From positions 1 through 31,214 of IMG/VR virus record IMGVR_UViG_3300048881_000429: a stretch of DNA of 31,214 bases. One strand, 5' to 3'. Under the pieces are notes generated by a model. The model was not told the origin of the DNA. It did no database searches and was given only the letters and a program-made list of their open reading frames with translations. Of the stretch, positions 25,644 through 31,214 are shown piece after piece; positions within the stretch are counted from its first letter, which is position 1; each line of letters opens with the position of its first letter. The DNA is from a virus. Lineage: Duplodnaviria > Caudoviricetes. The position numbers and the translations under genes were made by a program.

Positions 25644-25947
25644 GGAAAACCCTAATTTTTCTAATTCGTGTTAAAACTCGGCTACACGCCACACCACTTG
25701 GGCGTTTAGCGATTAGAAAAAAACCTAATTTTTTCTAATCGTTTTCTAATCGTAGTGTTCACTTACTGCCTACCCCTTGCGGTTGCTCACTTCAAAAAAA
25801 GTGCGTTTTCTAATTGGTTCTAATTATTTTTCTAATCGGTTATTGTTTTGATTAGGTTTTAATTAGGTTTTTAATATCTTGTAAGTTGTTGTTTTATATA
25901 GGTTTATTAGTGTTTATTAGTATTAATTAGAGAAATTAGGGTTTTCC
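25644..25947. repeat. Iterated CTAAT/ATTAG region bounded by 23-bp inverted repeats; putative replication origin
   Basis: 15 CTAAT/ATTAG pentamers in about 300 bp. GGAAAACCCTAATTTTTCTAATT (25644-25666) matches the reverse complement of 25925-25947 at 22 of 23 positions. Lies directly downstream of the primase-helicase gene. Confidence 0.75.
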
Positions 25948-28700
25948 TAGCCCCCCTGCTGTTTCTTGGGTTTCTCAAAAACCCAGCAATGTTTGCTCTT
26001 ATTTGTTAGCTGTGAACTCACGGGTTTAACATCCATAAACTTGTATTTTGTTGAGTGATTCAATAAACGCTTTAGCTCCTTAACTGGCGGTAATCTGTGG
26101 CGTAATTGCTCAGCCCTGGCGGCCACTTCATTTAGGTTTATGGCCACCAGTTCTTGATCTTTTGAATGGTTCAAAACTTCAACGTCCATGGTTTGTTGTG
26201 AATATTCGTAATTAAGATCTTTTTCGGTTTTTATATTTATGATTTCGTAAACACTCCAAAAGTTTTCAATGTCTGGGTGGTCGTCTGTCATGCGCTTTTG
26301 TCTATCAATGGCGCGGGCCATCATCATGTTTTTAACTTGCTCTCTTAGCTGCACCGCTTCATTACCAAACAAAATGTCTAGTGCATAAAAGCAAGCTGTA
26401 ATCAGTGCGTGCACTTCCTGGATGCGAACCATTTTGATTTTTGGCTGGTCCCTAAATTCAGCCAATAAAACTTGGTAATGGCCAAGTATTGAGGCCATGA
26501 TTTGCTTCTCATTCTTTAGGGCTTCAAACATAAACTTGCTGGCTTGCTCGTGTGACATATCACGAAACATTTTTAAAAGTTCAAAGCCTTCATTACTAAA
26601 ATGGCTTTCGGTCCAGTGGGTATGCACAAAGCGGCTAATCATGGCTTTTTCACAATCCACCATGGCGTTTTGGGCAACCATAAAACCGCATTTAAACGGG
26701 GGTTCTATTGTTTCGCTGCCACCAGTAGGCAAACCCACACCACGAATAGGCCCGCCATTGAATGCGTCTTTCATTTCGTTAATGTCAAAAGCTTGTTTGG
26801 CTTCTATGGTGTCCCCTTCCACCATCACCATTGGTAAACCACTAAATTTAGTCATGGCTTTACCGCGTGCGGCCTGGGTGTATTTAGTGGGGTTTATGCC
26901 TTCGTAACGTCCAGAACGTCCACTGGCCTTCCAAAGAAATTCAATGATGGTGCTTTTGCCGGTGCCTGGTGGGCCGCTCATTTCAAAAAACGGAAACCAA
27001 CCAAGGCGCTTGCGCAATTGCTCTGAATAAAAAGTGCCAAACCAATAAGCAATGGTTAACAGGCCGTTCATACCAAATGCGGTTTGGGCTTGGGCTAACC
27101 AATCAAGTTTGGCCACCTGGTCTGGCACCACAAATTCAATGTCTTTTAATGTGGTTTTGGTTTTTTTGTCCTGGTATTGCACCAGGCCAATTTCGTTAAC
27201 TTCGATATAACGGCCATTCTTAAAACCGTACTTATCAAAAACATAGCCGCCAAACTCTGAGTCATAGCCCATGTAATTTAGGGTTTTTACTTCTTCACTG
27301 GCTTTTTTGTTATGAAACCAACCGTCATAAATAAATCTAAAATCTTTATCGTTTCCATAAAAGGCACCACCGGCGGCAATACCCACTAAGGCTTTATGAA
27401 AACCCTTTGGCCCTTCTAATGCGTTTTTGTCTAAGGTTTCTTGAACACGGGGCGCACCGTTTGAAAAATCAACACGAACAAAAAAACTTAGTTCGCGGGT
27501 TAACTGGTTGCGCTCTGCGTATAAGTACTGTGGAAAACATGGGCTAATTTTTTCAATGGTTGCATTGCTGGTGAATTGCCCAGGCACCGCTTTATGGTCA
27601 AAAAGGCTGTCTGGGTTTAGTTCTTTTAATTCATCTAGGTTTAAATCACTTTTACGTGTGTCTATTTTTACGCTGTATAAAGCACTTTTAAATTCGATGG
27701 TAAAAAAACGTAAACCCTTTTCACGAAAAAACACAAACGCTTTACGGTCTGGGGTTTTAGCCGCTTCTAATAAACCACGGTATAAGCAGCCATCAAAAAA
27801 GCGGCCGCTGTCTTTTGTTAATACGCCTTTTTTGTATAGGTCGTCCCAGTCGTCATACTCGCGGCCCGTAATGGCAAGCGTGGTGTTTTCGCCCATGTTT
27901 TCTAGGGTTTCACTGTGCTTGGCCATGTTCTCTAAGCCGGTTTTGTCAAAGTCCAAACCCCACACCCAGGTAATGTTTTTTCCCAGGTACGGTTTAATTG
28001 ATTCACTTGGGAAATAACCAGCGGCAAACGTGGCGGCGGCTTTTACACCAGAAAAGTGCAAGGCGATTGCATGAAAAATACCTTCAACCAAATAAACCTG
28101 GTCGTGGTCTTCGATCACTTGCCCTGGTGGTGTCCACCAAAGCCCTTTTTGTAAGGTGCCGTTTAGGTCTTCAAAATCTGGGTGGTTGGTTGCTAATTTA
28201 CGGCGCGAACCTGCCCAGTGGTGGCGGCGTTTGCCTTTTATTGGTTTTTCTATAAAACGTTCCCAAAATACATGGCGTTCGGCATCAACCAGAAAACGCA
28301 CCGTGGGTGTGTTTACTTCATCTGTGGTGTTGTTAACTGAGTAATGCCCCTGGGTGAACCAATCGGCCATTTTCTCAATAGGAAAACCGCGCATATAACG
28401 CATGTAACCATCTGCACGGCCATTGGGGTTTTTGGGGTCGTTGCTTAATTCGTCTTTTAAGCCTTCTAGTATTTCTGGGTAAATAGCCTGGGTGCTTTCT
28501 TCATAACCACAATTATTGGCGCGGTTACATTTCACTTTCCAAGGGCGGGCAGGATTTACAAACAGCTCTTTTTTATTACAGCTAGGGCATTCACCTTTAA
28601 TTAATTTTCCATTAGAGCGCTTAAAATTAAACTGGTTGTCATGCTCTAACGCCTGGCTTATTCGTTTTTGTAGTTCGCCGTCAAAATCATAGTGCTGCAT
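25947..28700 (-). CDS. Primase-helicase (Zn-binding + TOPRIM + P-loop NTPase), P4 alpha-like replication protein
   Basis: CPSC...C.R.N.C zinc ligands, VYLVEGIFHAIAL, GLDFDKTG and DWDD (TOPRIM), GPPGTGKS Walker A. Confidence 0.9.
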   Translation of the reverse strand: MQHYDFDGELQKRISQALEHDNQFNFKRSNGKLIKGECPSCNKKELFVNPARPWKVKCNRANNCGYEESTQAIYPEILEGLKDELSNDPKNPNGRADGYMRYMRGFPIEKMADWFTQGHYSVNNTTDEVNTPTVRFLVDAERHVFWERFIEKPIKGKRRHHWAGSRRKLATNHPDFEDLNGTLQKGLWWTPPGQVIEDHDQVYLVEGIFHAIALHFSGVKAAATFAAGYFPSESIKPYLGKNITWVWGLDFDKTGLENMAKHSETLENMGENTTLAITGREYDDWDDLYKKGVLTKDSGRFFDGCLYRGLLEAAKTPDRKAFVFFREKGLRFFTIEFKSALYSVKIDTRKSDLNLDELKELNPDSLFDHKAVPGQFTSNATIEKISPCFPQYLYAERNQLTRELSFFVRVDFSNGAPRVQETLDKNALEGPKGFHKALVGIAAGGAFYGNDKDFRFIYDGWFHNKKASEEVKTLNYMGYDSEFGGYVFDKYGFKNGRYIEVNEIGLVQYQDKKTKTTLKDIEFVVPDQVAKLDWLAQAQTAFGMNGLLTIAYWFGTFYSEQLRKRLGWFPFFEMSGPPGTGKSTIIEFLWKASGRSGRYEGINPTKYTQAARGKAMTKFSGLPMVMVEGDTIEAKQAFDINEMKDAFNGGPIRGVGLPTGGSETIEPPFKCGFMVAQNAMVDCEKAMISRFVHTHWTESHFSNEGFELLKMFRDMSHEQASKFMFEALKNEKQIMASILGHYQVLLAEFRDQPKIKMVRIQEVHALITACFYALDILFGNEAVQLREQVKNMMMARAIDRQKRMTDDHPDIENFWSVYEIINIKTEKDLNYEYSQQTMDVEVLNHSKDQELVAINLNEVAARAEQLRHRLPPVKELKRLLNHSTKYKFMDVKPVSSQLTNKSKHCWVFEKPKKQQGG

Positions 28701-28702
28701 GA

Positions 28703-28999
28703 TTAAAGCCCCTTAACAATGTTGGCCGCGCTTTCACCTGTACGACTGGCCGCCAATAACTCTGGGTTCTGCTTTAACACCATGCTTTCAATGTCGCTGT
28801 CACGGTAACGAACCTGACCGTTAATTTTCACCGGCGCGGGTAGCTTTTCTTCTTTTTTCCATCGGTTGCCTGTGCTTAGTGAAACCCCCAATTTTTCGCA
28901 CATGCCTTTAAATGTGTAATAAATCTCTGTTGATTTAATAACCTTATTAATTGAAACCAGCATATCTGGTAGTTCTAAACTATCGTTATTGGTAGTCAT
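28703..28999 (-). CDS. Cox/AlpA-like excisionase and lytic repressor
   Basis: MCEKLGVSLSTGNRWKKEEKLPAPVKINGQVRYRDSDI; divergent from the repressor gene. Confidence 0.8.
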   Translation of the reverse strand: MTTNNDSLELPDMLVSINKVIKSTEIYYTFKGMCEKLGVSLSTGNRWKKEEKLPAPVKINGQVRYRDSDIESMVLKQNPELLAASRTGESAANIVKGL

Positions 29000-29081
29000 T
29001 TTGTTATTACCCCTGTAAACAGCTGTCTTTTTGTGTACTATTTAGGGGCTTTGGCACTCTATGAGCGCCTATGACACACTA

Positions 29082-29144
29082 AATAACTCAATTTCGAGTT
29101 ATTAAAGACTATCACTAATAAGCTTGTCAACTCGTTTTCGAGTT
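29082..29144. promoter_or_regulatory. Lysis/lysogeny switch: two AACTC-N6-GAGTT operators overlapping a leftward promoter
   Basis: AATAACTC-AATTTC-GAGTTATT (29082-29103) and AACTC-GTTTTC-GAGTT (29129-29144). Minus strand reads TTGACA (29130-29125)-N18-TTTAAT (29106-29101). Confidence 0.75.
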
Positions 29145-29156
29145 ATCGAGGAAAAA

Positions 29157-29804
29157 ATGGCCAAACAAAATTTCATGGATGAATTGGATTTAAGCACCTT
29201 GCAAGGGCGTCTAGCTTTTGTTTTGAAGAGTGCTGGCCCTACTTTTGTTGCTAATAACACCAGCTTGAGCATTGCCACGGCTAACCGCCTTTCAAATCAA
29301 AAGGGCGGAACCACACTAGAATCGGCGGCTGAAATTGCCATGGTCACTGGGTTTGAACTCAAATGGATTGCATTGGGTAAAGGGCCACAAAAAATTGATA
29401 ATGCCCTTTGGCAAGAAACAGAAACCCACCTAGAAATTGAAAAATTAGAATCATCACAAGAAATAAAAATTCGCTTTGCGCCCGATCTTATCGAGGATGA
29501 ATTAAGCACCACCGCCGCCAATTGCCTGGTTTGGAAAATTGATTACAAAATCAATTTAGACAAGCTAGAAAAAAACACGGTTGTATTAATCGACAAAGCA
29601 GAAAAGCCAGGCAGTGGTTTATTTGTTGTTGAATTAGACGGGGAATACAAAGTGGCCGCTATACAAAAAAACCTAGACGGCACCGGAAAAGTAGAAACCG
29701 ATTACACCAGGGATGAAGAAACCCTAAGCCGCGATAAATTAAAAGCGGTTTTAGATCATGTAAATATTGTGGGTAAAATCATTTATTCAGCAGGGCAAAT
29801 TTAA
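29157..29804 (+). CDS. cI: CI-like immunity repressor (N-terminal HTH, degenerate S24-like C-terminal domain)
   Basis: GAGG upstream; IAMVTGFELKWIALGKGP, then VLID....GSGLFVVELDG and VNIVGKII; upstream of int and divergent from the cox-like gene. Confidence 0.8.
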   Translation: MAKQNFMDELDLSTLQGRLAFVLKSAGPTFVANNTSLSIATANRLSNQKGGTTLESAAEIAMVTGFELKWIALGKGPQKIDNALWQETETHLEIEKLESSQEIKIRFAPDLIEDELSTTAANCLVWKIDYKINLDKLEKNTVVLIDKAEKPGSGLFVVELDGEYKVAAIQKNLDGTGKVETDYTRDEETLSRDKLKAVLDHVNIVGKIIYSAGQI

Positions 29805-29816
29805 GGGGGGTGATAA

Positions 29817-31001
29817 ATGGCACGTTCTGAGTTTGCTAGGCGGGGTGATTCAATAATAGGTATTTTTCCGGATGATTTTGAGCGGGGGCATATTCCTGGC
29901 CGCCGTGGTACTCGCCGCACGCTATGCACTAAGCAAGATTTAGAAGGTTTAACCGATCTAGAAAAACAGAAACGCTTAGAAGATCTTTACTTGGCTAAAG
30001 AGTATGAACTTAAACAGCATAAGTTAGATCAACGCCTTAAAATAAAGGAAAAAAAACGCCTTAAAAAAGTTTCTGGGTTCTCCGAGGTTTCACATATTTG
30101 GTTAGATGAAGTCAAAGAAACCAAAAGTCTTAAAACCTACAAAGCCTATAAAAACTCTATTGACCTGTATCTTAAATTGGTTGGCAATCATCGTCTGGCT
30201 GAATTTGACCGCGCAAGTAATATGGAGTTTTTCAAGGGCTTGAAAAACTACAAAAAACAAACCTCAAAAAAAAGCTTTTCACCGGCAACCCAAAACATGC
30301 ACATGCGCCAAGTACAGAATTTTATGAACTGGGCCTATGACAATGAATATATTGAAAAGCAATTTAATCTTAAAAAAGCAAAAGTCCCGCGTAAAGATAT
30401 GGAAGTTTTTAGCATGGACCAGGTAAATCAACTGGCCCAGCACTTAGAAAATAAAGCCAAGCTTCCACCAGAAACCAGAAACCCACTAAGGCACCATAAT
30501 TTATACCTGGCCTATTTCATGGCAAGGCACACCCTTTTAAGGCTTGGTCATATTTGGTCTTTAAAATTAGAAAACATAGATTTAGAGCGGGGCATTATTC
30601 GCATAACAGAAAACGAGGAACTAGGCTGGCACCCAAAAGGTTTGAAGTGGCCCAGCAAACCAATTAACAAAACCTTAATGGAGTTTTTAGAACACGACCT
30701 TAAAAACCGCCCCGCCTCCCATCGTTATTTTTTGGACAATGGCCACGGCCAGCCCTGGGTTAAACGGGTAGAAGTTATTTCAAAGAATATGCGCGAAGCC
30801 TGCAACGAAATTGGACTACCTAAAACAGTAAAACCATTTCATTGGGGGATTAGAGCCACGTTTATTACCTGGTTATTAAACAAAGGCGTGCCACCTGTAC
30901 AGGTTCAACAACTGGCCGATCATTCAGATTTAGCAACCACCATGCGCTATTTCAACACCAGGGAATCAAGCCAACGCGCCGCCGCTGACCTATTAGGCTA
31001 G
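29817..31001 (+). CDS. int: Tyrosine integrase
   Basis: SAM-like domain (SLKTYKAY, SPATQN), catalytic R (TLLR), H-WGI-R, H (LADHSD) and Y (TTMRY); ends 100 bp before the att core. Confidence 0.95.
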   Translation: MARSEFARRGDSIIGIFPDDFERGHIPGRRGTRRTLCTKQDLEGLTDLEKQKRLEDLYLAKEYELKQHKLDQRLKIKEKKRLKKVSGFSEVSHIWLDEVKETKSLKTYKAYKNSIDLYLKLVGNHRLAEFDRASNMEFFKGLKNYKKQTSKKSFSPATQNMHMRQVQNFMNWAYDNEYIEKQFNLKKAKVPRKDMEVFSMDQVNQLAQHLENKAKLPPETRNPLRHHNLYLAYFMARHTLLRLGHIWSLKLENIDLERGIIRITENEELGWHPKGLKWPSKPINKTLMEFLEHDLKNRPASHRYFLDNGHGQPWVKRVEVISKNMREACNEIGLPKTVKPFHWGIRATFITWLLNKGVPPVQVQQLADHSDLATTMRYFNTRESSQRAAADLLG

Positions 31002-31032
31002 TGCAAGCCCAAAATGGCTAAAAGTGTCACAT

Positions 31033-31114
31033 TTAGTGTCACAAATACAAAAACATACAACAACAACCAGTATTAATGGGACTTACAGCCCATTTTTTTT
31101 ACCGCCTCCTAAGC
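31033..31114 (+). repeat. 82-bp direct repeat, right copy, ending in the att core (attR-type junction)
   Basis: Identical to 1-82; preceded by a further TGTCACA at 31025-31031. Confidence 0.97.
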
Positions 31115-31149
31115 GGCTGCTTCAGGTTCGAGTCCTGATGGGGAGACCA
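31102..31149 (+). pseudogene. Displaced 3' half of the host tRNA-Arg(CCT)
   Basis: CCGC-CTCCTAA-GCGG anticodon arm, T arm TCAGG-TTCGAGT-CCTGA, TGGGGAG-A-CCA. No D arm or 5' acceptor strand upstream, where phage arm sequence lies instead. Confidence 0.88.
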
Positions 31150-31214
31150 TTTTTATCTCATGCAAAACCCTTCTGCACAAACCCCTCAATTTTTTCATTA
31201 GCTTTTAATTTGTT

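Larger units (their letters stand above)
83..31114. mobile_element. Complete HP1/K139-like (P2-related) prophage unit integrated at tRNA-Arg(CCT)
   Basis: Full set of head, tail, lysis, replication, repressor and integrase genes in HP1-like order, bounded by a direct repeat (1-82 = 31033-31114) that ends in a tRNA anticodon-loop core. Confidence 0.95.

Noticed and set aside
25644-25947. CRISPR array or tandem repeat interpretation
   Set aside because: Repeat units are only 5-8 bp with no constant repeat-spacer period.
743-28700. Apparent abundance of GGCC and CCAGG/CCTGG words
   Set aside because: Visible by eye but not quantified; plausibly codon-usage or host signature, and no methyltransferase gene is present.
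18485-29521. Antisense ORFs opposite terminase, portal, early genes, primase and cI (e.g. 23464-23991, 24667-25251, 27508-28017)
   Set aside because: Shadow ORFs of better-supported genes.
31102-31149. Intact second tRNA gene
   Set aside because: No 5' acceptor strand or D arm upstream; only the 3' half is present.

Overview
The window holds one complete temperate myovirus genome unit of the HP1/K139 (P2-related) type, about 31.0 kb long (repeat-to-repeat distance 31,032 bp). Head and tail genes lie on the minus strand (743-18210). Terminase, portal and an Ogr-like activator lie on the plus strand. An early operon of small ORFs is headed by a Cox-like gene and a P4-alpha-type primase-helicase, with an iterated putative origin beside it. 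A cI-int operon ends at the right attachment site. The most striking feature is the att architecture. The right junction joins phage DNA to the orphan 3' half of a host-type tRNA-Arg(CCT) at the anticodon loop. The left junction (1-82, identical to 31033-31114) is an attP-type joint that does not duplicate that 3' half. Instead, 16 nt later, it carries a complete and sequence-divergent tRNA-Arg(CCT) gene inside the integrase arm-site region. The phage therefore appears to break the host tRNA gene and replace it with its own isoacceptor. Other points of interest are a beta-helix tailspike in place of a fibre, a probable -1 frameshift in the tail chaperone, a lysis cassette without evident spanins, a second XRE switch with its own operators, and a SutA-like small protein. 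All product calls come from motif recognition and gene order by eye; no database search was run.
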